A stretch of DNA of 33,911 nucleotides. Origin: Vicugna vicugna. Its lineage: Eukaryota. Positions within the stretch are counted from its first letter, which is position 1. Each line of letters opens with the position of its first letter. The notes under the pieces are model-generated. The model made no database searches and was not told the DNA's origin. It saw only the letters and a list, made by a program, of their open reading frames with translations. The stretch spans positions 1-33,911 of the forward strand of contig MU058740.1 of assembly GCA_013265495.1 (NCBI GenBank), written 5' to 3'. Of this stretch, positions 11,227 through 23,745 are shown piece after piece. Position numbers and translations under genes: made by a program.

Positions 11227-11984
11227 AAACAGCTCTGGGCACTGCCAGACGTCCACTGTGCTGCAGGATGGCCCGCAGCTGAGACCACTGGTTTGGGGTC
11301 ACGCTCCTAGGCAGGAGTAAAAACCAGTTCTCTCTCTCTTCATAGTGAAAAAAAAAAGGCAAGGCAAACTGCCCACGCCTGTGGGCTGATGACCAGAGTC
11401 TCCTTCACCAGGGTCTCAGCTCCTGCCCTGGCCAGCTGGTCTGGGCTCTCCTGGGCTCCGAGCATAGTGGGCAAGTCCCGTGTGGGCTACCAGGGGGATG
11501 TGTCCCACAGGGCCCTGTGCCCCAGCACGCAGGCCAGACACAAGGACACTCAGCACTTAGTCCTTGTAGGCCCCCCCCCGGTCCCCTCCACGGAGCCCCG
11601 CGCTTTCCCTGGGTGGAGTCTGGAATCGTTTCTGAGGCCTGAAGCCAGGAACGTGACTTGCTTGGCTGTGAACACCCTCCAAGTCGTAGCTTCTCAGCCC
11701 TCCCCAACTCTTGTCCCTGTAACGAGGCCTCTTCCCACGTCCCAGTTACTGGCTCGCGTCTGTCCGTGCGTGGGACAGCCCCACCCTGTGCGCAGGCAGT
11801 GCTGGCCCTGCTCATGTGCCTGCTGCTGCCTGCCAGCCCTTTCTTCTCACCTGCTCCAACCTGGACATGTGGACCGGCCGGGCCCCTGGAAGCTGCCTCA
11901 CCTCAGTCCTTGGTCCCTTCCATTTCAAGCTCCTCTCCCCTCCCCCAACTACTCCAGATGAGGTTCTCACGCGGCCAGCAGCTC

Positions 11985-12125
11985 AGAAGTATAGTTAGGA
12001 AGAGATATGAGTTTAGAATCCAGTGGAGATGCCCTGGCTCCCAACTGGAAGCAAGTTACTTTACTCCTCTGAACTTCATCTTCCTAATTTGCAGAATGAT
12101 GTCCATCTCACAGGGCCGCTGAAAA
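11985..12125 (+). mobile_element. MIR remnant
   Basis: gcaagttactttactcctctgaacttcatcttcctaatttgcagaatg matches the MIR core. Confidence 0.65.
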
Positions 12126-14169
12126 CAGGAGTGCACATTTCAGACCCTCATTTTTGATGTGTGAATGTATGTGTACATGACACACGTCACAGAGAACCTG
12201 GCATGCAGATGGGGCGCAGGACCTGGAGGTGTGAACACTGCGGTGGATGCGGGAGGAGGCCCTCAGTCCCCGCTCTGCCCTGGGGTTTCACCCCCTCTTC
12301 TGCCAGGGACCCCTCCCCACAGACGCCCGAAGATGCTTGGGCCTGTGTGCCGGGCATGTGGGGCTGGGAGTGTGGACCTTGGGGGAGGCCTGCAGCCCGG
12401 CTCACGGCTCAGAGGGAGGGAGCGGTCTGCACACACTTCCCCACACTCCTCCTTCCAAAGATCTCAACGGCTCATTTAAAAAGATGCAGCCTTCTTTCCT
12501 TCAAAAAAGAACCTATGAAAAAGCATCTCAACAGGTGTGTCTGATCTCTCCCCACCACGGGGAGCCGGCGTCTTGACAGCGCGACTCCTACGAGGCTGAG
12601 CCCTTCAGGGTACGTATTTCTAACGAGACCAGGAGGTGTCTGTGTGTGTACATATTATGTGGCACCCCCGAGGACCCGGAGAAATGATTATCAGTGTTTG
12701 TGTTCCTGTGTGCTACAGTGACAGGGCTGTAGGCGCAGGCGGACCAGGTCAACCCCCCAGATTCCAAAAGGAGAGTTTCTCAAGGCACAACCTGGGCACT
12801 TGGAAGATGCGCTTTATCGTGAAAAATGAACTAAACAGCATGATTCTTCTCCTGATTGGAAAAATCGTAATCACGAAACAGAAAGTGCCTCCCATCTCTT
12901 ACTTTCTCCAAGTTCCCTCTTCGGTTCCTGCTCACCGGCTCCTGGGTGGGGGCGGTGGGCGTGCAAACACACAGCTGCTGTGTGTGCTGGAGTCTGAGAA
13001 AACCTCCCCATCCTTTATCGCTCATTCGCCGGAACCCAGTCACAGCCCCGAAGCGGTCACGGCGGCGCAGTGAGCGGCAGTGAGGGGCGCCCGGGGCTGG
13101 GGGCAGCACGTGTAGGCAAACCCGATGACAAAGCCTTTGTTCCCTCCAGACGAGTGTGCGCCAGCGGCCTCACTTCTTTTTGTTTACTGTCCAACAGGAG
13201 GAGGGAAGGAAAAATGGGAGAAATACAGCAGTACCTCCCAGTTACAATTTTATCTTTACATGGACTTCCATTTTTATCTCAATACACTCCTGGACTTCTC
13301 TACTGACAGGAGGCGATAAATAAAATACTATGACAGTCTGACAAACAATCCGGCAGTTCCCTTCTCTTCTCATTTATAACATATTTGAAAACTCGCACAT
13401 TTGGAAATGAATGGAACGTGACAAAAAATGTCTTTTCATCAGCTTTCTACCAGGCAGAGAAGAATGAAGGTGATAAAAGGCGGCTCTACAGTAGGCTTCT
13501 GCATGTGTTTGTTTATTTGGGGACGAGCGTGAACTGGTAAACCACAGACCAGGCGCGTGGGTCTAGGACCGCACTGACTGGACGCAGGAGTGATCCAAAC
13601 AGCTCATGAGAGGGACAAGAGCGATGACCCGCATTTTATTTAAACACATAAACACATCATCTACTGTTTAATAGTAGAAGAACCCTAACCAATAGATAAA
13701 CTGGGACTATATACAGTTTGCATGGGGCTGAAGAATAAGAGGGCATTTTTCATGAAGTTAGGTCAATTTTCCAAAGGTGCTCTGAAATTATTGAGAATGT
13801 TCCTTGGCACAAGGTCACTCTTGGCTTCAATGAGAAATGGCCGTAAGTAATTCTGCCAAACATGCAAATCTGGGCGTGGGGCCCAAGCCCCCTGGCCAGT
13901 GGTGCCCATCTGAGGCAATCACCAAAGACAGCAGGGAACCACAGGACCCCCTGGGGGGGCCTTTGAAGCCTCGGTCCCCTCCACCCCCAGCTGGAGGACT
14001 TCCAAGGAAAAAAATTTTTCTCAAAGTTCAAATGAGACGCAAAGCACTTAGAGGCTGGCAGAGCTGCAGGCAGAACACCCCTGCAGCTGGCGGACTCGGA
14101 TGGAGGAATCACAGCCACATCTGATCTTGTCTGTAATGACCAGAACGCCATCGCCTAGAGGACAAGAGC

Positions 14170-14345
14170 CACGCTGACGGTGTGCTGTGCCCTCCTCGGA
14201 CCTGAGCGCCCTGCCTGCAGCAGTGTTCTCCATTCTCACCTACCCCTCCCAGCTGCTCTTCTGCAGCCCCCTGAAATCCCAGGGAACTGGTCACCTCCTC
14301 CAGGAAGGCTTCCCGGGCCCTCAGTTAAAGTGATCTTTCCTCTTG
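14170..14345 (+). mobile_element. L2 remnant
   Basis: gtcacctcctccaggaaggcttccc motif typical of L2. Confidence 0.5.
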
Positions 14346-15159
14346 GTACCTGCGGCACACTTTTTAAAAACTGTGGTTGAATATACATAATATGAAGTTT
14401 CCCCTTTTAACCACTGTTAAGTGTGCAGGTCTGTGGCAGTAATTTACATGGTTGTGTGACCGTCACCACAATCCCTTTACAGAATTCCTTCATCTTCCCA
14501 AACTGAGACTCTGTCCCCCCTAAACGGCCACTCCTCCTGCCTCTCTCCCCAGCCCTTGCCGCCCACATGCCGCCTTCGGCTTCTGTGAATCTTACTCTGG
14601 GGACCCCATGTCAGCGGAATCAGACAGTATTTGTTCTTTTGTGACAGGCTTATTTCACTTAGTGTAATGTCTTCAGGGTTCACCGACGTAACACGTGTCA
14701 GAATCTCATCCTGTTTGAAGTGTGACTAATGTCCTGTTGTGTGGATGGACCACGCTCTGTTCACCCACTGATAAACACTTGGCGGCTTCCACCTTTTGGC
14801 TACTGTGAATGATGCTGCTATGAACATGGGCATGTGAATGTCTGTTCAAGCCTCTGTTTTCAGTTCTTTGGGGTCTAAATCGTATGCTAACTGTGTTTAA
14901 TTTTTTGAGGACTCAACATACCACTGTCCACAGTGGCTGTGCAACTATACATCCCCACCAGCAATGCAAAAAGAGTTCTAATTTCTCCACGTCCTCGCCA
15001 ACACTTATTTTTCCTTTGTTTAGGTTCTTTTCAAAATAGCCACCCTAGTGCCTGGCAAGTAGGATCCCATTTGGCTGTCGTTTCCCTAATGATCAGCAAT
15101 CAGCGACGCATCCTTCCGTGCGTTTGTTGGCCGCCTGTGTGTTATCTTTGGAGAAATGT

Positions 15160-16302
15160 TGTTGTTATCTTCGCTCGGTTTTCATTTATTTATTATTATT
15201 TTAAAAGGTATTTTGTCCTGTTCATACAATTTTTAAAGGTTACTGTCCATTTACAGTTATTACAAAACATTGGCCATATTTTCTGTTGTACATACATCCT
15301 TGAGCCTGTTTATGCCCAGCAGTCTGTACCTCCCACTCCCTCCATCTTTATGTCCCGCCCCCCCTCCTCACTGGGAAGCACTAGTTTGTTCTCTGTATCT
15401 GTGAGTCTGCTGCTTTTTTGTTATGATTTTTAGATTTCACATTAAATTATTTCATACAGTATTTGTCTTTTTCTGCCTTACTTATTTCACTCAGCGTAAT
15501 GCCCTCCAAGTCCATCCATGTTGCTGCAAATGGCAGAATTTCACTTAACAGCTGAGTAGTATTCCACTGTGTGTATGTATAAGGTACACACATATATCTA
15601 TGTCTCGGAGTTTCTTTATCCACTCACCTGTTGATGGGCACTTAGCTTGCCTCCATATCTTGACAACTGTAAATGATGCTGCTATGAACACTGGGGTGCA
15701 TGCATCTTTTCGAGTCGTGTTTTTGTTTTTTTCAGATACACAGCCAGGAGTGGAACTGCTGGGTCATACGGCAGTTCTATTTTTAGTTTTTTGAGGAAAC
15801 TCCATACTGTTTTCCACAGTGGCTGCACCAATTTACATAGCAGCAGCGCACGAGGGTTCCCTTTTCTCCACATCCTCGCCAACACCTGTCACCCGTGTTC
15901 TTTCTGATGGTGGCCGTCGGACAGGGGTGAGGTGACCTCACTGCAGTGTTGCCTGCATCTCCCTGATGGTTAGTGACGTTGGCGCCGCTGTTCATAGATG
16001 TTGGATATTAACCCTTATCACTCACGTCATCTGCAAATATTTTTTCCCATTCAGTGGGTTGTCTTTTGGTTTTGTTGATGGTTTCCTTTGCTGTGCAAAA
16101 TCCTTTGAGTTTAATTAGGTCTCATTTGTTTATTCTGCTTTGATTTCCTTTCCTTTAGGAGGTGCTGTGATTTGTGTCCAGGAGTGTTCTGCCTACGTCC
16201 TCCTCTGGGGGTCTTAGAGGATCCGGCCTTACATTTAGGTCTTTTATCCAGTTTGAGTTTTATTTTTGTATGTGGTGTTAGAGAATGTTCTCATTTCATT
16301 CT
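15160..16302 (-). mobile_element. Younger L1 3' fragment nested in the older L1
   Basis: T-rich tail followed by aaaggttactgtccatttacagttattacaaaa. ORF2 remnant [30 protein letters not shown]. Flanked by tttggagaaatgt at 15147 and 16303. Confidence 0.85.
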
Positions 16303-16334
16303 TTTGGAGAAATGTCTATTCTAGTCTTGGCTCA

Positions 16335-16390
16335 TTTCTTTTTATTGTTTTTATTGGAGTGGAGTCAGTTTACAATGTTGTGTCAACTTC
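16335..16390 (-). mobile_element. Very short L1 3'-terminal insertion
   Basis: Reverse complement aagttgacacaacattgtaaactgact matches the L1 end at about 9893-9920; T-rich tail; imperfect gctca flanks. Confidence 0.7.
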
Positions 16391-19300
16391 GCTCAGCTTT
16401 TAAGCCAGGCTGTCTGGTTGTTGAGTTGAGTAGCAGTTCTCCATTCTCTGAGGATTAATCCCTTACCAGAGAGGTGATTTAGAAATATCGCCCCCACTCC
16501 ATGGCTGCCTTTTCACTCTGTTCACAGTGCCCTCTGATGCACAGAGCGTTTATTTTTGACCAAGTCCAATTCACATATTTTCTCTTTTGCTGCCTGTGAT
16601 GTGGTATCACATCTAAGAAATCACTGCCAAATCCAAGGCCATGAAGCTTCTCCCCATCTTTCCTTCCAGGAGTTTGGCAGCTCTGGGTCTCAGGTTTATG
16701 TCCGTGGGGTAAGCAGTGCCCTTTCCCACTTGGTTAACATCCCTGTGCAGCTGGTGCTGCCCACACCCGGCCCCGGCCCCGGGCCCCGTACAAAGCCACG
16801 GCTCTCGGCAAGCGCTGCCAGCTCCCACCGACGTCCTTCTCTGGCCAGGGGCAGGCCTGACCTACGGGGAGGTGGGGAGGTGAGCCAGGATGCCTGTACA
16901 CTAATGTCCCGGGAAGTTGTTCTCAGCAAATAAAGCATGAGCTTTCTCCCCTCTGGCAAGCCACCGGAAAGTGGCTTCTATACGGTCTCCCTGGGGCTCC
17001 CTGGGGCACCCAGGCCAGGAGCTCACTGAGGTCCCTGCACTGGGACTGTCCCTTCCCTGCCCCCTCTGCCCGCGCCTCTGCCCGGCTTCCTGGGGTCGCC
17101 TCTGAATAAACTAACCCACGTCTCTGTTGAACTCACACGCTGTGCTTCGGGGGGCGAGTGAGGCCAGGCCTGTCTCCTTCAGACAAGGGCGTCTGTACCC
17201 GCACACATCTGCCCCATCCCTTGTAAACCTGAGGGAAGAGACTCTCGTGACCCCTGTCGTCCTCAGAGCCTCTGGCAAACAGGAACGCCCAACAGCTGCC
17301 TGCCAGATCGAATGAGCCTGACTTCACACTTTCCAAATAGAAGCCAATATCTGCTCCTAAGAGAATCAGATCTCTTCCCAAGACAGGAGTTTTGCACGTC
17401 AGTTCGTAGAGAGCCGCACAGCCCTGCCCCCGAGACACGCGCGTGACTCTGCCAGGCTCGGATCCCGCCGCAGATCGGGTGTTCGTTACACAGCGTGCTT
17501 CACAGATAGAAACTGTAACGAGACAAGTGCCTCTAACAGATAAAACCAGCAACAAAGAAATTCAATCCCGAGTCCCTGGGGAAAACAGAAAATTACCTTA
17601 ACAAATGCTCTGAGCACATGAGAGAAAGAAAAAAGAGAAAAGGAGATAAATCAGAGGGAACGGGGGTCACAGTCTGCTCCACAGAATACATCTGGAAAAA
17701 TGCAACGGCGCCCCCCCCCCAACTACAGTAAAGATCTTTACAAAACCAGACGGAACTGGAGTTGCTTTGCCCGGCTGCCGACTCCACCGTCCAACCCACA
17801 GCCTGGGAGTCGTGGCAACCGGAGCTCAAGGCAAACTCACAGCCTCGTTATAGAGAAGCCACGCCGCCGGGGAACAGGCCCAGGGCTGTGACTTTTTGAA
17901 GACTTTGCTTGACTGGAACAACGTAAAATGGCAAGCCTCACATTTTACACCTCCCCCAGCCACGTGAAAACACAGAGACCAGAGCGGCCGATACTTGTTT
18001 CAGCGCCTCACCGGGAGGGGCGCCCCACAGACCAACAGGTGACTTTTCTTTTTGTTTGTATAGGACTGACGTCCTAAATAAAACTAGAGCTTTTCAAACT
18101 AGACATCCCAAACCAAATAAAACCTCTCACCCACATGCTTAGTGTTTCATAAAACTGAAATCCTGAAAGGTGGTTATGCCCAGAACTGAAGAAACATTTC
18201 ATCAACCGCTTTCTTTCCCTCTGTATCCCCACTTCAAACGCAGATGTTGGTAACAAATACATGGACGAGCCCTTCCTCTGCCGCGGGCTAGGTCATCACT
18301 TTTGTATTCAGTCCATCTTAGAAGTGGGCAGACTGTGAGACAGAGAATCTTGCAGGATTTCTAGCCTAACCAGCATGAAGCCACAGCGAGCCCTACATGT
18401 TCCAGAACAGCATCAGTGAGTGGACAGCTTGCTGGCTAACCAAGTCCTTTGCCCATATTTGCTCCAAGCGAATTCCAGGAAGAGAACCGCGTCCTGTTTC
18501 CTGACACTAGGATCCAGGAGCACTTCTGTCCGGAGAGGGAGTGAAGTCTTCATGCCACCGCCTCTCCACGTGGGCCAGGCAGGGCTGCACCCTGGGTCAG
18601 CCCGCCGCCACTGCGCCAGGACAGGCTGTGGGCTCAGTTCCCCGGGAAGAGTCCTCACCCTGCAGGGAGAGCCTGGACCCCGAGGGGCTGGAGAGCGGTG
18701 CCCGCGTGATCTGAGCACAAGGTGGGTCCTGGCTCGTCTCACGTGTGCACTCTCTGCCCGTCTGTCTCTGGGAATTAGGTGGGTCACTGTCGCCGACGAG
18801 GAGCACAGACGGAGCCGGGCCCACGGCGGCTCTGAGGGAAGGATGAGAACTCATCACCGTGAGGAATTTCCTCTTCTGTTTCCCATCTCTTTTCTTTTTG
18901 CGAGAGTTGCTGCATCAGAATTACCCTTGGGTGTCACAACAGAGGTACCAACAAATCAGGAAATCTTCAGAGAAGGAAATATTTCTTTTCCTGTCTGCCC
19001 TAACTCCCTTTAAATGAATAAAGTCAGTCCCACAGCGCAAGCACGGAGCACTCAGCTAGACCAAGACATCTGCCGACGTGACCCAAGGTTATCTATTTAA
19101 ACCAACTGGTTCTCTACTCAATCTGCGAGGAAGCGAAGGTTTTAAAAAAGTGTCAACACAATCTCGTTTATACTTTGGTCTGAAATCAACAGCAGCAATA
19201 ACTCGAAGGCTGACGACAGACAGAGGGGGAGAGCACGGAACAGAAGCTGCGTGTGAAGGACACAGCTGAGGCCCCTGTTGAGAGAGCGGCTTACAGACAG

Positions 19301-20144
19301 ACTACGGTGCGTGTTCACGCCTGGCAGACGTGAGCAGTCTGCTCACACAGACCGGAGGACGCTGATTACTCAGCAGATCCGGGCAGCGCAAACTATCAAT
19401 TCAAACAAACGAGCTCTAAGAGTGTGTTCACACGCTTAGCACCCTGTGCCGTTTTAAGCCGCGTGGGCGGACAGCTTCCCGCGAGACAGCGCCGATAGAC
19501 TGATAGAGAATTTATAGGAAATCCAAAAGTAATTATGGCAAATCATTAAACAATGGGCACTTCCACCAAATCTCTCCCAAAACTTCCAATAAGAGGATGT
19601 CATCTATTTATTTAAAAATTTGACGTAGTCCTGTTCTACCCACGGAACACCTTGTCTCTGAGCCGTGGCATGCCCCCTGAGCCGCGCAGAGGGAGAGAGG
19701 GACGGGCTCGGAAGGCGCCTCCTTAGCCAGCAGGGGATCACTCAGCACGCCAATGTGCGATGCACGGTGGGGCTCACCGAGGGAGGGAGAGGTTTAAGGA
19801 GCTTAGACTTGGTCCCACCGCCTGAATATCAGACAAGGATTTTCCCCATAATCATTTCCCCCAAAAGAGGGAGCTGCCTTTGGGTGAGTCCTTAAAAAAC
19901 CTATTGGATTACAAGTGCTCTGTTCCTTTATTTTGAAAATTAACTACTGTTTGGGAAAGACACATTAGCCTAAAATAACCCCAAATGAAACAAGTGGTGG
20001 CTACCTGAAGGAGTCCGTTTGTAGAAAGATGTAGAAATTTAACACAGATTTATTTAATAATTATTCTCCGGGTGTAGGACCTCCCACATGTAAGTGTTGG
20101 TTACTGTTGGGAAAAGGCCTTCTAAACATTTTGAAAACAAAGCA

Positions 20145-20218
20145 TACAGTGACACCCACATTCGTGCTGTACGGTGACACCCGGATCTGTGCTATATGGT
20201 GACACCCACATCTGTGCT
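20145..20218. repeat. Three-copy 25-bp tandem repeat
   Basis: Units close to ta(c/t)(a/g)gtgacacccacatctgtgct. Confidence 0.85.
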
Positions 20219-20219
20219 C

Positions 20220-20430
20220 CTAGACGTTATGAGCCGTGAAAACAATGATGAGGAAGCTCTTTCTAGACTGAGACAGAAAGAGCTCTAAGACGTACTGATA
20301 AGTGAAAAGAGCAAAGTGCTGAACGGTGTAGATGATGTGTTGCTTTTGAGGTAGGAAAGGGGGAAGAAATAATTCTATATATGCATATTTGCTGTTCTTT
20401 ACATAAAGAAAAATAATGGAATAAAAAAAT
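20220..20430 (+). mobile_element. Ancient L1 (L1ME-like) 3' remnant
   Basis: taagtgaaaagagcaaagtgctgaacggtgta resembles the old L1 3' region. Confidence 0.55.
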
Positions 20431-20738
20431 AATTCAGTCAGACAGATGCAGAAAGCACTGTTCTTTTACAACTGGGCTTTCCTAAGAACGGCTATAGAGA
20501 AGGCGTTCAAGGTGATGTAAAAATACAAATCTTAAATACATTTCTAAGTACACTTTTCTTTTTCCCAAACCTGGTACAAGCTTTATTTTCCTCAGAGAGC
20601 CTTTTCTGGCTAATTAATTTCAACCCACCCACTAATTAGCTTAATCTGACATCAGCGTTTTCAGTCTCCAAAGCACTGAAAAACCACATACAGTTTTACA
20701 AATGTTTTTAAGACCTTTTTATTTGTATCTTCTAAGTT

Positions 20739-20885
20739 GGTGCTTCTCAAATTTTTATGTGCACACAGGTCATCTGGGGATCCTGTTCAAATGCAGATTC
20801 CAAATCAGCAGATCTGGGTGGAGCTGAGATTCTAGATCTTTCAGCTCCCACGTGAAGCCTGTGCTGCGGCCATGCTCTGGGAGCT
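20739..20885 (-). mobile_element. MER5A1-like hAT MITE
   Basis: gtgcttctcaaatttttatgtgca...ggggatcctgttcaaatgcagattc. Confidence 0.75.
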
Positions 20886-20969
20886 GAGCTCTCCCTCATT
20901 AGAAGGAAAAGATCATACTTTTTAGCACATGATGATGACTCAAGACACTCAATATGCATGAGCCAACTC

Positions 20970-21131
20970 CTTGCCCCTCAAAGTGGAGCTGGGACCAGCA
21001 GTGCAGACCTCTTCTGGGAGATGGTTAGAGGGGCAGAGTCTTGGACCACACCCTGGACCTACCGAATCAGGACTTAACGATTAACAAGCTGCCCAGGTGA
21101 TGTGAATGCCTGTTCAATTTGAGAAGCTCTG
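20970..21131 (+). mobile_element. MER5A1-like hAT MITE
   Basis: ctcaaagtgg...gaccagcag...gacctaccgaatcag...tttgagaagctctg. Confidence 0.75.
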
Positions 21132-21229
21132 TGCTAAGTGATCTTACGCTTCAGTTAGGATTACATTCACATGTTTATCAGTTACGTAAAAGAAAACACA
21201 TGAAAACACTCTGTCTTCTCACGCGTGAC

Positions 21230-21665
21230 TCAGCAGGAAGCAGTCCTGGGGGAGGGGGTGGGGAGGTGGAAGGCGGCACCACTGAGGACAACTACGGGAG
21301 AAAGAGTCAGGAGGAAACCTGGGATGAGTCCAAGGACCTCTGTGCAGCACTGACACCTCCGCAGATTCTAGAAAACACCAGTCTGGTGGAACTTCAGTTC
21401 TGCAGAGAAGGGAGCAGGTGGAAGGCGAGTTGAGCCTCGGCAGGTTGAGTATGCTGGAGGCCAAGGGCAGACTGATGCCACAGGAGATAATTAAAACGTG
21501 GACCCTGGTGTGTAGGAAGGAAAGGATGCTAAGAGAAGGCTAATAAGTTGGGCAGGAGAGGCGAGCTAAGTGTTGATCAGATAAAGAAGGCGAAGTGCAG
21601 GGAAACTGGAAGAGAAGGAAGACTGCGAATAGAATTAAAGATCCCAATGGTGGAACATTTTCAGA
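21230..21665 (-). mobile_element. L2 remnant
   Basis: Purine-rich; gagttgagcctcggcaggttgagtatg resembles antisense L2. Confidence 0.4.
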
Positions 21666-21674
21666 GACTGTAAG

Positions 21675-21729
21675 AATCACAGCCCAGCTATTAACTGCTT
21701 AGTTAATCACAGCTTAGCTATTAACTGCT
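21675..21729. repeat. Two-copy 30-bp-period tandem repeat
   Basis: aatcacagc(cc/tt)agctattaactgct at 21675 and 21705. Confidence 0.85.
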
Positions 21730-21759
21730 CAGGCCGGACCCTGAGCCACTCCATTTGCA

Positions 21760-21907
21760 TCCACTGTTAGGTATACTTTTTATTATTCCCATTTTGACAG
21801 ATAAGGAAATTGAGACTCACAAGGTAGCCTCTCTGCCAACGTCACAGGGCAGAGCTTGGATGTGAACCCAAGGCTTTACGGCCGGAATGTGTGCTCTTAA
21901 CTACTGC
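21760..21907 (-). mobile_element. MIR
   Basis: tattattcccattttgacagataaggaaattgagactca...tgtgctcttaactactg. Confidence 0.75.
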
Positions 21908-23514
21908 CCCGTCCTAACTCCAGTGAAGAGGTCCAAGGTGTGGCCACGCCGAGCAGCAGAGATAAAAGCCCTTAAGAGGAAAGGCTGAGACACCCTGCGT
22001 CCAGAGTGGTCATTCCAGTTGCTGAACTCAGGCTAGTCTTCCAAGAACCCAGGCTCTTCACACTCAGACCCTGCTGACCGCTCCAGTGCCTGCCAACCCA
22101 AGTCTATGCCCTCTGTCTGGGGTGGGAGACAGTATCAAGGCTCACTAATACGTTGAGTTCTCATCTCCTTCCGGGCACAAGAGGTGGATCCTTCCCTGAC
22201 CCCTTGAGTTAGGTATATGTACAAGTTTGCATGTAACTGCTTTTGGCCCCTGAAATGCGAATGGAAGGGACTGCGTCATCTCCAAGCAGATGCACTGACA
22301 TGCAGGTGCGAGATGCCCGCCCCACACCCCGAGCCCCCAGGCCCTTGTGGAGGTGCTCACATCCCGTAACAGCCGCACCTCCGCCAGCCCGGCTCCGAGT
22401 CCCCTACAGGGCAGCCCCCTGTCCCGCATGGAACCTGGGCTGCAGGTGGAATGTGAGTCTGAAGTAAACTTCAGTCGTCTTTAGTGCAGCATTCCTCTGT
22501 CTACACTGACGGAGTCACTCTGCTTCCAAGAACCTCTCTAATCCATCCCCACCCAAATAACCCAACCGTGGGCCCCACTTCCCTCCAATACCACCCCCAG
22601 CCCCAGTCAGGCTGGTTTCCTCGCTGCCTGGTCTGTGCGGTCTGCTGCCCCGCTCCGTGCCTGGCCCCTGCCAGCCCCCCACGCCCACCTATCCCCAAAT
22701 GACCTCACAGGCCATCCAGCTCCACAAGCATCCTGCGAGGGCCAGATCACACTCCTCCAGCTCTGGCACTTTCCCTAACCACGCCCACTCCTCCTTCCAA
22801 ATCCATATGGCCCTCACAGAACACATGGCCAAAGGTAACACTTCAATAAACACTTTGTTCAAAGGAATTTAGAACAGTTCTGTTGCTTTGTCTAAAAATG
22901 CCAACAGACCCGAGATTAACCTACAGACACATTCCTGGGGATGAGGGGAACATGGCACTACTTGTATGGTCCTTACAGGTTAAGGTACAAATCTGGAATG
23001 TTCTTCTGGTTGCTGGATCTCCAGAAAAGAAGGAACGAGCTAGAAACGTTTGAGAAAGACACATAAAACCATCGTGGCAAGTGGACAGGTGAGGGTGCCT
23101 GGTCTACCGAGTGCACTGCTGTTCAACCCAGCGCACTCAGGCCAGGCAAATGGTCAACTTCTGAAAGTCCCGAAGCCTCTGGACAAGACGCACACAGATG
23201 GGCCCATCAAGTCTCAGTAATGAGTGATGGAATTCGGTGGCAAGTCTTTAAGGACAAATAAGAGGGTGAACATAAGCCAACTTCGCCCAGATCACAGCTT
23301 GACCAAGAGTGAAGGTAAAGGTGCTGGCTGCCAGTCCATAATACAACTGTGAAGCAGCCAGACTCCCCTGAGGAACAGGCCTGCATGTCTAGGGCTGACA
23401 CTGGAAAGGACAGCTGTGTCTAACTGTGTCCTGGTGACACTGAGGAGGAGTACCAGACGGGGCAGAGCTGGGCCGAGAGAGGCAAATCTCATCTTAAAAG
23501 AAGGCAGACAACCG

Positions 23515-23745
23515 CCACGGAGTGTGGCTGAGTGACTGAGAGGACGCACGGGGAGCCACCCCGCCTGGTCTAACTCTCAGCGTCCCCCCGTGTTGTGCGG
23601 ACTTGGGCAAGTTCCTGTCCATCTCTGAGTCTCAGTTTCCTCTTCTGTAAAGTGGGACAAGGCCTCCTACCTCAAAGGCTGCTGTAAAGGTGAAGATAAA
23701 AGAAGCCCGCACGTGAGGCTTGGAACCTAGGCCCGGGGCAGAGCG
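23515..23745 (+). mobile_element. MIR, near full length
   Basis: gacttgggcaagttcctgtccatctctgagtctcagtttcctcttctgtaaagtggg core plus 3' part. Confidence 0.8.

Larger units (their letters stand above)
14360..16705 (-). mobile_element. Old L1 (L1MB-like) 3' fragment in two pieces, about 14360-15160 and 16300-16705, split by younger L1s
   Basis: Antisense L1MB-like 3'UTR; ORF2 remnants MNPEDITLSEISLSQKNKYCLIP and INLRPRAAKLLEGKMGRSFMALDLA. Confidence 0.85.

Noticed and set aside
20145..20218. CRISPR-like short repeats
   Set aside because: Contiguous units without unique spacers, in eukaryotic DNA with no cas genes.
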